Shown: positions 24,894 to 37,684, counted from the whole stretch's first letter. The stretch: 61,890 nt of DNA, filler included, from Sphacelaria rigidula (GCA_964200075.2; 11 parts of 11 records of this genome joined end to end with filler, not necessarily neighbours in it); one strand, 5' to 3'. The notes: a model not told the origin generated them from the sequence alone. Program-made: numbers and translations.

Positions 24894-25321
24894 GGTACCA
24901 GCCTAGGAGTACTGTAGACTGAAAAAAACAAGAGCAACTAACGGCAGACAAACATCAACAAAGAAAAGTTAGAAAGGAATGGCCGGCCGCTGCAACACGG
25001 CTTCAGGTGGAGCACAACTCGCAGCAGCACACGCATTCATACCCCCAATGGAGTAAGAACCGAAGAAGCGGCGGGGACAGATCGCGGCCTACGAATTCCG
25101 GTCACAAAACTTGAAGTTAGTTCTGGGTATGAGCTCTCACCCATGAACACTACGGAAGTTACGCACCAAACTGCGACTTTGCATACACCGAAAGTAGAGG
25201 ACACACATAGAGACAGAGAGATGAGGGGAGAAAGCAAGCACAGAGAAGGAGACTACAGAAGCGAAGAAACACGAGGGCATGGTACAGTAGAGCAGGGGCA
25301 AACGCATGAACCAATGAACAC

Positions 25322-25323
<2 letters not shown>

Positions 25324-25360
<37 letters not shown>
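25324..25360. repeat. (CA)n microsatellite
   Basis: Direct reading. Confidence 0.95.
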
Positions 25361-25362
<2 letters not shown>

Positions 25363-26600
25363 ACTTTCGACTCCTGATGTCGACAGCGAGACCGTAACCG
25401 CTCGGCATCAAATCGGGTGATGCTTCGGAATTGGCACCGAGGTGTGGTTCGGAGGACAGGTGCTTACCTCGGCCGTCCTGTTCTGTGCAGGTGATAGTGT
25501 GAATATGTCGAAGAGATGGCGATGAAGAACATAATCCGAGGTTTTCCCAGATTTCAGCACATCGGCCATACCCACGATTCCCGGCAGTTCGCTCGCTGCT
25601 AGAACGCATCCGATACCACCCGACAGAAACGATGCGCGTGCATTGGTTTTCGTGGCGCGGTGCATAGTATTCGAATAAGCCCAGTGTGGTTATCATGGTG
25701 CGGTTCGAATTTGTCGTTTTGCGTGCATAAGCTCGTTTGCTCGACAAGAGTATTTTGCCTCGCGCACAAGTGGCGATTCGCCCAAGGGCGTCGCCACACC
25801 TCTCCCCATACACTTGTGCACCCATGGGAGCATCGCACCATGCGCGAGTCACCATCACTATGTACAAGAGGCACAGTTGATGACTACCTCCTGGACAAGA
25901 CAACCTTGAATTGTACAGAGATGTATGTCTGCAATCCATCTACGGGAAAAGGTGACTGAAAATCTTTCAGCAGGCCAAATCATGACGTGAAATCGTCATC
26001 ATGGTCGTTCCCCGCTGCCGGTGCCGACTCCTCTCTCTCTCTCTCTGACCTGCTGCATTCGGAATCTGATTTCTAATCCAGATTAAGGCTGAATACTTCG
26101 ACCCGCGGCCAGTAGGCCCATTAAGTCCGCCGTTGCAACAACTGCGACATATCGGATCTGCTCCTGGATCTGCTCTTCCTACCACCTCCCTCCCGCTGTC
26201 GCGCCAGCACGGCTCCCCACCATGAGTCATGTGAACAGCTCCCACCGACGCGCTGCTCGCTCCGTTCGCCTCGCCCTTCGACGGTACGCGGCGGAGCCGC
26301 TCCTTCCATGATTCGCCATGGAGCCGCCCCTCCAATAGTACGATCGGTGCGTGCGCCGATGTTTCCGCTCCCGGCATCACCGGTGGGAGTCGCGCCGATG
26401 TTTCTGACAAAGGGGGCCAGGGCATGAAGCGTCGGCCCTGGTGGCCGCAGCTCAGCGTGCAGTCCCCCAAACACCTGCACCCTCGGCATCTGTGATTTCT
26501 TTGCACCGCCATCTTTGCTGAATTGCGTAAATATTTGAGGGTCCGTAGGTTCCCGGACACGTCAACATGCGTGCGACGTAGCAAGTACACAACAATGTTG

Positions 26601-26805
26601 CAAGGGTAGGTCGAGTAGAGTATTATCAATTGCGGGGTATTTTGAAAGTCGTACTTGAAGTACACAAATTGGGGGTAGAATTTCAGGAATCGCTTCCCAG
26701 CTATTTTTTGGGTGCGACTCCCAACACACTACCCTAATTTGAGTACCCCAAGTACATCTTTCAAAATACCCCGCAATTGAGTATACTCTACTCGACGTGC
26801 TCTTG
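26601..26805. mobile_element. Palindromic MITE with 8-bp TSD (hAT- or P-type)
   Basis: CAATGTTG duplicated exactly at 26593-26600 and 26806-26813; termini CAAGGG...CTCTTG; arms complementary over ~90 bp. Confidence 0.85.
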
Positions 26806-27313
26806 CAATGTTGCCCCGTGCGAGCTCCACTACTCTTTTTTTTGCCGATCTCCTACCACCCTTGCGGTGACTCCTCTTCGGATGAGTGCCCCATCGGCGT
26901 CCGTTAATGTCAACGGTGGGAGTTTTGTCCCGAAAGCACTCGCCCTCCCTCTAGACTCTTGGGTTGCCGTCGAGTGGCAACGGCGCTGTAGAACAAGCCA
27001 CCAGGATGTAGACCTAAAATGTACAGACCGTCGCCGTACATATGCCGGAGACCGCCGCTAGACGAAACAAAGCCCCGGACCGACACACACACTAGACAGG
27101 CAACAACCGAAATAACCAATTTTTTCCCATCCAGAAGAGAACATAGTGGATGTAGACATGACATAAGAAAGCTGGCCGTTTTGGGGTATTTATGTTTTAT
27201 CTGCTTTTACTCCTTCGTTCCATCATTCTCCGTGTTTTTTTTCCCCCTCTTTTCTTCGCTTTTCCTTTTCCTCTTTTCTCTACATCCTTTCTTTTCTTCT
27301 TCTCTTTTCCGCT

Positions 27314-27940
27314 ACCAGAACACAGCCCGGACATGGACATGTAATGACAAAGCTGATAATCCTTTTCTGTAACCTACTATAACTCAGCCCGGATATATAC
27401 ATGAAATAACGGAGATAACCATCCTTTTTCAATAACTCACCATGATACGGCCCGGACAGGCATGGAATACAAAAGCGCATCATCCTTGTTCTTTGATATA
27501 CCATAACACAGCCCGGACATGGACATGAAATAACGAAGCTAATCATTCTTTGAGTTTATCCCACGATTACACAGCCCGGACATAGACATGAAATAACGAA
27601 GAACCCGGGCATGGAAATGGAATGACGACGCCAACAAAGGTTTTCTTCAACCTACCATAACACAGCCCGGACATAGACATGGAATAACGGAGCAAACCAT
27701 CCTTTTTTCTTGAACATACCATAACACAGCCCGGACATAGACACGGGATGACGAAGCTCACCATCCTGTTCCTTTAGCCGGCCATATCACAGCTCGGACA
27801 TGGACATGAAATATATAAGCTAACCATCCTTTTCCTTTAACCCAACATAAGACAGTCCGAATATAGACATGGAATGACGAAGCTAACCGTCTTTTTCGCA
27901 TTTACCAGAAGACAGCGCGCGGGTGTGGACATGAAATAGC
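27314..27940. repeat. Minisatellite, ~62-63-bp unit, ~10 diverged copies
   Basis: Unit ACCATAACACAGCCCGGACATAGACATGAAATAACGAAGCTAACCATCCTTTTC...; the whole unit is homologous between copies. Confidence 0.9.
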
Positions 27941-28415
27941 TAGGAAGAATAGGTATATTTTGCTATTACTTGACGGAAACAGCCGAGATTCTTCCCCCCC
28001 TATCATAACTTGTCTCTATTAGGAGTAGGAACGGTGCTCCGTCTCGAAAGGGATGCGTGGTCAATGGTCAAACGACTAAGNNNNNNNNNNNNNNNNNNNN
28101 NNNNNNNNNNNNNNNNNNNNNNNNTTAATTAATTAANNNNNNNNNNNNNNNNNNNNNNNNNNNNNNNNNNNNNNNNNNNNTGCACACCATCATGCTTTCG
28201 CTCCAGTTCAGAAACTTCTGAACTAGGGGCACATGGACGAAACCGGTTGCGACTCCCGAGCCTTTTGAACAAAGTAAATGGAATTTCGATGGTCCGTTAA
28301 ACCTCATAAAAATGTTCAACCTCGATAACGATTCCTGTTTTTTTTTTATATATATTGTTGTCTCTGCACATGCGCCTCATCTCTCTAATCCATGGTCACA
28401 GACGTAAAGCCAATA

Positions 28416-29011
28416 CTTCCTCTGTCCCATAAGTAAACTACGGTATGGGCGGCAGATCGTATCTTACTGATGCATGTGCCCATTATCCTATACTTAGGTT
28501 CGCTGGAAAGCTCTGGTCATGGTGATGATCACATAGAAAAAAAATCAAATTCCGACTGGTACTTACTGAGAGTTTGTGGGTCGAAAATGACCAAATTTCG
28601 ACCACTTTCGACTAGTTTGAACAAATTTCGGCCTAGATTCGACGAAATTGTCCTATTTTGTTGTAAACGAAGGCTGCTACGTGCCCGAGGAGTTTTGGAC
28701 AACACGTAGGTGTCATACACAAGCGACGAATCGGAGAAAAAGAGCCAGTTTCTGTTTTGTTCGCGATTTTTTTGCGACCATTTTCCCGCGATTCCGTCGT
28801 TCTTCTCAGCTTCCGGGAAAGGGGCGGAATAGGGCCTTTTTTCGGCCGACTGGTGTTTTTTGGGCCGTTCGTCCGTGCCAAGTAGTGCGCAAAAAAAAAA
28901 AGTGGGATTCAACTAAAAAAACACTCAAGATTCCAGAAAAATTATCACGGCGAAGGACACGGTTAAGAGTCCGTGTAATCATAACGTAGTTTACTTATGG
29001 GACAGAGGAAG
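28416..29011. mobile_element. Stowaway/mariner-like MITE, 596 bp
   Basis: 32-bp TIR CTTCCTCTGTCCCATAAGTAAACTACG(G/T)TATG with one mismatch; TA on both sides. Confidence 0.92.
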
Positions 29012-30017
29012 TATATGTACATGTATCATTTCACATTTTTCACCACTTTTGCCGAGTTTTCTCTGGCGTCAAGACATCTTATCACGCGCTTTCTTCTGCA
29101 GCGCACTGAGAAGGCTCAGCGGTACATTACCGTCCAGGTTTCGGTGTAATCTGATACCTGTGGCGCGTGTGGTGGCCACCGAAAGTCGCTCAAACTGGCC
29201 CTTCTTCGCGGGGTGTCGATCCCGAACCACAAAAGATTTTTCAAGATTATGAAAAACTTGAGACAAGAACCCAAACCACGAAAAAAGCTTGTGGAAGATC
29301 ATGAAAATCTTCAAACAGGATTACTTTTGGCGGGGTATTTCTCCCCGTGTTTCTCTTTGTCGCGCTATCGTTCATTTGTGAGCACGAGCACACCGGTGAT
29401 GCCGCCAATGTCACGAGAACATGAGAGCAAAGCAGGTGAAAACAATTGAACATTGCCTTGGCCTTAGTCACGCTAAACCAAGACCGTGCAATGGGCCGTT
29501 TGCGAGTTGAACAAGGCACACAGGACGGCAGCACATGAATATTTTCCCGCAAAAAACCATGACCATGTCTCGAAAAAATGCCCAGTGATGTGGAAGCCAC
29601 AGTTATGTACAAGTAAAATGCCAAGAATGTTCCACGCATTCCAACTTTTCGGGAGTGCCTCCCGCTGCCATGTCTTTGTGGCATGAGAGCTACTTCGCAC
29701 TCTGCCACCTCGGAAGTACCACACATACATGTACTACGCCGGTGGTTCCGCCGTCGGCCCCTGTCCGAATCCCCATGTTTCCGAACGATGCCTGATCACA
29801 CATGCGATGTTTTTGTACAGCCACGATCACTATGCTGTACATTGAGATACAATAGCCTCTCTCAACCATATATTTTCGACTTGCGTCACCCCCGGGAGGC
29901 CCGTATCGACCTCCCGAAGGCGAACCTTGTATGTATATATGTAAATATATTTAAACAGAAAACAGTCATATTCTAACCTCCAAGGCATTATTACACCAAA
30001 ACCGCAAAATTGACAGC

Positions 30018-30320
30018 AGCGCTAACGAGGGAAACGACTGCACCACTGCAGCACCGCCGCCGCCACGGCCACCGGAAGAGCGGACGTGCGTCCCGGAGAC
30101 CGGGTGGAACGGGAGCATTTGGAACCCGCACGTCGTCCACAATAACGCCTCCGCGGCTTTCGCCACAATTGGATCGCCGTCGTCTGGAGGCGTCGGCTGC
30201 GGTGGTCGAAGTGGTCGGCCAGAAGCAAGACAGTGGGACGGTGCGAGGATGACGCTAGTTTCTCCGCACGAGGAGATCTTGCGACAGCAGGCGGTAGCTG
30301 TTGTGTTCGCGCGTTTCCAG
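30018..30320 (+). CDS. Candidate internal exon of an unidentified host gene
   Basis: GC-rich stop-free frame ending ...HEEILRQQAVAVVFARFQ at a strong CAG|GTAAGC donor; CAG acceptors near 30017-30020; phase-compatible with 32686-32799. Confidence 0.4.
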
Positions 30321-30646
30321 GTAAGCAAGCCAGCAGCCAAGTGACGATGAGGGGAGGGGGCTATCGCGGCATCACTCGGGCCAAAGTATTGGAACATTTA
30401 CAAAACGTGGAACACACACTCCCGTCTCCTCAGCCCGTCGTTCGCCGTCGTTCCCATCGTCTCCCCTATACCGGAAAATAATCGCGTTAGGTCCTCTGCA
30501 AGGAGCTCGATATTCGTGCCAAGAACGAGATGTTTGAGAGGTGGCAGGTGAGGGTTTTTTTTCAGGGCTATGAAGCGGACCAGTAATACGAGGGCGTCAA
30601 TCATCACAGTCTATTCGAGCTTGCCGGGGACCGGCTGTAGTTAATA

Positions 30647-31242
30647 CTTCCTCTGTCCCATAAGAAAAGTCCGTTATGGGGGTTAGACCGTACCTCACCA
30701 ACGGAGGTGCTCACGATGTTTTTGTTAGGTTCGTTGAAAATATATAGTTGTGGAGATGGCCATTGGAAAAATCAAGAATAAAATAATCGACCTACAACCT
30801 TAGAATCGTTGGGTCAAGCATGGCCAAATTTCGACGAAATTCCGCCCAATCTGTATATTTCCGGCCGAATTTCGACGAACTTATCTTGTTTTGATGTAAT
30901 TGAAGGCTGTTAGGTAAACGAGTGGTTTCCGACTAGGGGTAGCTATCGTATGCCAGCAATGAACCGGAGAAAAAGAGCCAGTTATGCTTTTTTCGCGATT
31001 TTTGTCGTTTTTCGGATTCTAGGGTTTTTCTCTGTGTTTTGGTAAAGGGGCGAAATATGGTCATTTTTGGGGCGAGTGATCGTTTATCGGCCGTTCGGGC
31101 ACGCTGGCTGCTGCGCGAACAGAAGAAAAAAAAACGTAATTAAAAAAAGACAAAGATTGGAATAAAATATACCGCCTACGGTATTGGACACGATTGAGGG
31201 TCTGCATAATCATAATGGACTTTACTTATGGGGTGGAGGAAG
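30647..31242. mobile_element. Stowaway/mariner-like MITE, 596 bp (second full copy)
   Basis: TIR CTTCCTCTGTCCCATAAG...CTTATGGGGTGGAGGAAG, TA flanks, collinear with 28416-29011. Confidence 0.9.
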
Positions 31243-32379
31243 TACCAAATTTACTACGGTAATCTTGTGATGAAAGATGCCCACACCATGATATACAATT
31301 TTCCTGTACAATTGAACTAGGCACTTTTTCAGTAGTTCGAGTAGCACAATCTTTTCAACACACCCCATCACAGCCTTATTATTCCGTTTTTCGACCATAG
31401 CGTGTATTGTAGGTCGACGGCTGGTCAGTCGAACGCGGGAAAATGAAGGAAGAAAAGCGAACCAGATACGGTGGGATGCTTGACGCGGAACGGTCAAGCG
31501 TCACACCCCAGACTACCCCGCCGATTGCTTGGTGAAGAGCGTTCCGAACAGGATGCCGCACATGCCCACCGCACCTCAAAGTGATGCAGCGGATGTATGC
31601 CAAAGGTTTGTCGTTTCATTGCACATCCAAAAAAACATGAAAATTGTAGCAAACGGTAACCCGCCACCACATCACACACACAGCACGCCATGGCTTTGCT
31701 GTTCAACTCCGTAGGTGCTCTCGGTTCGGGCGTGAGAGAATTTTGAAATCGCATCCCCGACGTGCTGCTAGCCTTGGCTTACTTGTTTTCCATCCTTCAC
31801 TCAGTACATTTATATAAATAATCCATTAATTAATCGGTTGGTTGGGGTTGGATGGATGGTTGGTTGAGTTTTATCTTTGGACAAGGGAATATATATGTAT
31901 ATATATATGATCAATTGGTTGGTTGGCTTCATGGATGTGGATGTTTGGGGTGGGTTATTATTTTTTCGGGGATATTTGATGTTTGTTGGGATATAAAATA
32001 TAAAATGAAATGATGAGTTGGTTGGGGGTGGTTGGGGTTGACTTATTAATTTTTGGAAAAAGGGAACACAATATATACATATATATATATATATCTTGTG
32101 CTAATGCTGCACTGTAGACATACATACATCCAAGCACCACCGAAAGCCACGTTCCACTGCAGAGTGACGCATTCAGAGGCAGCAAGAAGCACCGGTATGA
32201 GAAACAGGCGATTGGTCGTAGGTCCGTAGCGAGGATTCAGGTGGTTGGAATCTTTGGGGAACGAACCGTGGCGGGCGGAAGTGTGCCCTCGACGCCGGCA
32301 AACTGAGCCTCCACTATACCACACCAGAGTCATGGTACGGTAAGGGTTGCACATAGGGGCCCAGATCTTTCTGATTCAA

Positions 32380-32583
32380 GGGCTCCTAACGTTAATAGCT
32401 GCACAAGGATATGGGTCAGGACGTTTCCGTTTGCAAACTCATTCGGGACAACCCTAGCCCACTGGAATGGATATCAATCGTGGTGTGTTCTCACGTATGT
32501 CGTAATTCGTTTCTTGGATGAGAAGAGAGAGCTCCCGAATATCCGAACCTCAGAAAATGTTTGTGCACCCCTACCTTAGCATC
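32380..32583 (+). repeat. Dispersed ~200-bp repeat without TIRs (copies 50909-51106, 52687-52885)
   Basis: Shared GGCTCCTAACG...TATGGGTCAGG...CGTTTGCAAA...CACTGGAA...CTACCGTAGC with similar boundaries. Confidence 0.8.
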
Positions 32584-32685
32584 CTTCATCAGCACACATA
32601 AACAGGACATGTTCACAGACAATGTGTATCCTCCTCATTTTTTCTCTTTCTTCTTTGTATAACTTTTTTGGTGCCTTCAAAACAG

Positions 32686-32799
32686 TTCAGCCGTAAGCTC
32701 AAGGAAGGAACGGGTGGCGACCCCATCCTTCCGGCGGAGGCGTTTTTTTGCCCGGCATTGGATGCCGAGCTGAAAGAGCTAGGGGTGCCGAAAGCACAG
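32686..32799 (+). CDS. Candidate internal exon of an unidentified host gene
   Basis: Long pyrimidine tract + CAG acceptor, 114 bp stop-free (FSRKLKEGTGGDPILPAEAFFCPALDAELKELGVPKAQ), CAG|GTACGG donor. Confidence 0.55.
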
Positions 32800-33944
32800 G
32801 TACGGAGACGAACACTACGACCGTCGTGTCTGGCGCACCGTGTGAATATTGTCGTACGCTGCAAACCCACTGTTTTTTTGTTCCTTGTTTTTGTTGTTCG
32901 CAGTCTACTCTTTTGTATCTGTTTCTACCGTTCTGTTTTTCTTCAATGTTTTTCAGCGGCTGTTTCCGTTTTTTTTTCATCTCGGGGTACGTACGTCAAT
33001 TTTGTGACCAAGTCTGGATCCATTTCTCATGAAGTAAATAAGTATGTAAAGGGTTCTTGTGTAATATGATGAAGGTCATACTCTCACACCGAAAACGTTA
33101 CTCTGATGCAGTGTGTAAGCTCATGAGGTGGCAGCTCTCCTGCGTTGTCTTGTCGGAAAACAATCTGGAGTGTCATGATACGGCAGGGGTTGCATATTTG
33201 GGCTCAGATGTTACTCACTGAGGGGCTTCTGAGCTTAGGTAGGAGCTCCATAAAGAAAGGGATCAGGACACGGGATAAAAACGTATGTAAAGGGTTCTTG
33301 TGTAATGTATGAAAAAACCTGACGAGCGCTCAAAATTTTGACGTGTCTCTTTTAGGAGTACTGTAGGAACGGTGCTCCGTCTCGAAAGGGATCTGTAGTC
33401 AATGGCCAAATGACTCGGGCGAGCAACAAATGAGTACCCCCCCCCTCCCCCTCCAGGATTCTGAGTTGTTTGGGGAACTGAGAATTTGTGAAATTCAGGG
33501 GGAAGTGGTGTACACTGTAACCTCGGTCTAGTCCTGTAGATCGATGCCAGCATGAGGGACCAGGCCCGCACTCAGTCATCAAGCGCGACGCGCCGTGGTT
33601 TATCCGGAGGGGGTGGGGTGTACTCATGGTCACGCATGCCATAGTCGTAAGACGATTGACTTCGCATCCCTACAAAGCGGGGACGGAGCACGCCGGTTTT
33701 TCGCCGGACCAGGTTNNNNNNNNNNNNNNNNNNNNNNNNNNNNNNNNNNNNNNNNNNNNTTAATTAATTAANNNNNNNNNNNNNNNNNNNNNNNNNNNNN
33801 NNNNNNNNNNNNNNNGAAAGGGATGCGTGGTCAAGGGTCAGACGACTAAGGCAAGCAACACATGAGAACGCCCCCCCCCCCTCCCGGAGGGCATTTTTTC
33901 GAAAATTGTCATGATTTTTTCGATTTTGTTTTGTCGAGTTTCTC

Positions 33945-34620
33945 GCAAGGAATTGATCAATAAACACTGTTTTGATTATGTCGGTTCATTTTGTCACAAG
34001 AAATTAATCAATAAACGCTGATAAAAACAGAAAAGTCTGGTGGGCTTTGTGGGGTTCGTGTATCTGCTTCTGCTCCTTGCCCGTTCTGTCCCGATGACCT
34101 CAGATGCCGGGAGACAATTTTCCGACAGTTAAAATTATCCTGCTTTTTTCAATATTTCCTGTTAACTTTGTTACAAGAAATTAATCAATGAACATTGAAA
34201 AAATCCGAAGAGTTTGGTGGGCTTTGCGGGCTTTTTGTTTGCTTCTGCTCCTTTACATATTTACTTATACATTTATAATATATAATATATATAAGGATCA
34301 TATGTCATATATTATATAGCATCTATATATATATAGTATAACATAATTTAATAATATAGTATATGCTGCCCCTTGATGGATATTCATATCTATAATTATA
34401 TTCAATTAAAATATATCGTATATAGTATATACAATAAACTATATATGAAGGAAAATAGACATATGTGTAATATAGACCTATAATATTGACCTATATTATA
34501 TGGTACATATTATGTGATATTTAATATATTGAATATAGCATATGGTATATAAAATAGGACATATAATATATGATATATTATATAGGACATATAGTGTATC
34601 ATATATGATGTATAAGGATC
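33945..34620. repeat. ~175-bp tandem duplication followed by an AT-rich low-complexity tract
   Basis: ACAAGAAATTAATCAAT...TGGTGGGCTTTG...TGCTTCTGCTCCTT at ~33996 and ~34172; degenerate TA-rich run 34255-34620. Confidence 0.8.
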
Positions 34621-34769
34621 TCTACTGTCTACGGCAGCTGACCACATCCGCCAACGCCTCGGCGAAAAAACAGGGGACACACGGCTGGGTGCCCCCCCCC
34701 CCCCGTACCCCCCCTCAAGAACTCGAATTTTCGATTTTGAGGCCTACGTGTCCCGAAATATATTTTTGA

Positions 34770-36800
34770 CAGACCCTTGCGCTATACCAGTAAATATGCT
34801 CCAAACGACTAAAAGTACTCACGATAACAAAACCTTCCTTATCAATTGTGGCCCGACGTAACTGCGAACCCTTCAAAGTACCACTGAGGAAAGCCAGCGG
34901 TTCATGCGTCATGTCGTCAACTGGCAGGCGTCTTCGAATTCCCGCTTTAGACACTCATATGCATCCGGAAACATTAGCACCTGACGATCAGGACCAGGAT
35001 GGAACAGCGTCACGGCCTGAGCCACCAGATCCTTTGCTGCCGGTTAGGCCTTCAACCTACCGTCCGTCCACGATGCAGACGGAATGGCGCGTTTTGTTTG
35101 CAACACACCTCGTCCGCCTCGCAGCACCCGCCATGAGGTTTTCGAGGGAAAAACACAAGGGAGCTACGGTTCCTGCCATACGCGGCAACGAGGTACGCAG
35201 CCATTTCACGGCCTGCAGAAATTGCATGAGTTCTGTGGCCGTCTACGGGCGCCGCATGTCGGATAAGCCCTGCAATCTGACAGGGTCATGAGATACGCGT
35301 CCGTGTGAGTACAGTTCCCCACACTACACGAGTTCACTAGCGAAGAAGGTGCACTTGTGCGCCGCCGCAAACAAACCAACATTTTCTAAGCGGGCCAAGA
35401 TAGCATCAAGCGTGTCTAAACGTTCGTCTTCCGTATCCGCGAAAAACAACACATCATCCACCCATATCTTGCATTTCAAGCCGACAAGCAGTTCTGTCAT
35501 AATACCTTGAAAATATGCGGTGGCATTCAACACGCCTTGCGGTACTCGCTTCGGGGTAAATAAACCTAACGAGGTCATTATTGTGGAAATCTCCTACGCC
35601 TCCTCCGCCAACAGCATCTGCCAATATCCTTGGAGGAGGTCCAACTTGCCAAAAAAACGAGCACTCAAGAGATCACGCATGTCTGACTGTTGATTGGGCA
35701 TCACACCCGGCGACTTCTCAAACTGATCATTTACGGCCTTGTAGTCGCTTACCAGGCGAAACGAGTCTTTCTTGGGAACCGCCGTCGCCGGACTGGACCA
35801 TACCGCCTGCACGTTCCGCACTACCAGCCCAAGCGCCGAAAGAGCCGCCATGCACGATGCCAACCAGCTCGACTTCACCGGATCGTACCGCCGCGGCTTC
35901 GCCTTCAACGCGGATGCCCCATGTTTCAGCTGAACACGCATGGACTCCACGCACGCAAGAGGATCACCCCGCAGCGCACGACGAAACGTGTTGACGCGGC
36001 GATGCAAGATGCCGTGCAGGCGCTCCGCTTTGGGGACGCTGAGGCCTTTCACCCCAGCATCCGTCACGCTTTCCTCCAGCGCGACCTTCCGAGCGGACTC
36101 CTCTTCCGCCGGAATCTTCAACATCTCCGGGCTGCGTTCTACCGAGCGTTCCACCGCCGCATTCTGCTCTTCGGTCGCCTGCCCTCCAGCCTCCTGAAAC
36201 GCATCCACCGACAAGCTCACGCGACGACTGCCGAAAACGGCGGGCATCTCCAAGCGTGGACCAGGCGGAGACGTCCGCGTCTTCATGAGAGTCCCGCAAC
36301 CGCCGAGCGTTGACTCCAATATCCTGAAGCATCGGTAACGCCAGCAGACTAACACCATCCGACCCCGGCATGGTCGCAAACGAGATCGAAGGCAATAACA
36401 CCATGCGACCCTCCACCGCCGGCGTATCCGCCGCCGCCGCCGCCACCACGATTACCTCGTCTGTTGCTGTTGTGCTGACGATGCTGATGGCGCGCAGCAC
36501 GAGATTGCCCATACTCTTCACAGGAAGACGTTCGACATTCGCGCGCGTAATGGCCGACCTGGCCACAACAGTGGCAAGTACCCGCCGCATACCCAGCATG
36601 CTTTCTGATCGCCGCAACCAATTGCGGCGGGGTGATTGTGATCTGTTTATGCTCCAAACGAGCAAACACTCTCTGCACTTGAGTTGGCACTTGCTGGGCC
36701 ATTGGCACCACCTGATGCTGCACAGCACCCCCTGAGTTAGCGTGCTCCACACGCTTGTTCTACTCAAAGTACTTCGTGTAAAAAGTGCGAGGTGCACTTT
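34770..36800 (-). pseudogene. Degenerate Gypsy family B gag-pol: zinc knuckle, partial protease, RT, RNase H
   Basis: CHCCGQVGHYAREC knuckle; FRLVSDYKAVN, KLDLLQGYWQM, RVPQGVLNATAYFQ, KIWVDDVLFF (RT); HEPLAFLSGT...ATIDKEGFVIV (RNase H); in-frame stops and frameshifts. Confidence 0.93.
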
Positions 36801-37133
36801 CTGAGTACCTATCCCCATATTCGGGAGGTGGCAACTCTTCCCCCATGACCACGGGTGTCGCCACAGCTGTAACCGGCTATCTGCGAACCTTCTGCAGGTC
36901 AGCAGACCCTCGCGAATTGCACTCTTCCTCGCTTCGTCGCCGCACAACACAGTTGTAGGAGCCTCTAAACTCCCGCTGCACGCAGCTTCAGCAAGTCTCC
37001 AGTCTGGATTAATCACAGGCCAGCCGCCTTTCTGCAGCCTCCTCAGCTGGAACCCTCTCCACGCGTCCGTGGGTTATCAGGTTTTCACAGCTACCAGACT
37101 CCTTCCGCTGAATTCCTTTCAAGAAGAATTCTA

Positions 37134-37684
37134 CAGTAGTGGGTGTCTAACTATTCAGGGGTGTTTCGGGGTTTTCCTCGCGTACTGGTCTTCGATAGAA
37201 CTCGAAATTGCAAGCGTCGGTAGATTTTGGTACACAAAAACAGATCATCTTCGAAACACAGTGCCGAAGTCAGTGTTACTTGGTGTTATCGGGCGAAACG
37301 AGAAAATACCCCATTCATCAGGAGGGTGTTATTTACCGTGAAACACAGTTTCTCGGCCCTAGTGCACTGAGTAGGTAGAATTATATCAAAACAGAAACTG
37401 TACATTTCTATAAAAATATGATCGGGGCGGGCTCGATCGACCGAAAATACAGAAGAGCAAGAACCTGGACTGAAACGTTGCAGGTCTCCTGATGACCGGT
37501 CAGCCCGTAAGTCACTCAATATTGAGTACATATGTTTTTTTCTTTTTGGAATGTGGAGCGGATACCAAAATCTTCAGATCCCCGGTGTGATAAGGGGTGG
37601 CAAGCGAGAAAAGCCCAAGAAAATCGCCAATTACGAAAAAATCACAAAATTCCACAACATGAATAGCTACACCGCCCACTACTG
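37134..37684. mobile_element. Tc1/mariner-type MITE, ~550 bp
   Basis: TA-CAGTAGTGGG...CCCACTACTG-TA; homologous to 23248-23796. Confidence 0.88.

Noticed and set aside
25361..26520. 192-aa and 232-aa minus-strand ORFs as genes (VGWYRMR resembles an MPN/Abraxas motif)
   Set aside because: Only a short motif; low-complexity overlapping frames; the longer ORF starts inside a MITE; no supportable exon structure.
27314..27940. CRISPR array
   Set aside because: The putative spacers are homologous to each other, the repeats are degenerate, there are no cas genes, and the context is eukaryotic.
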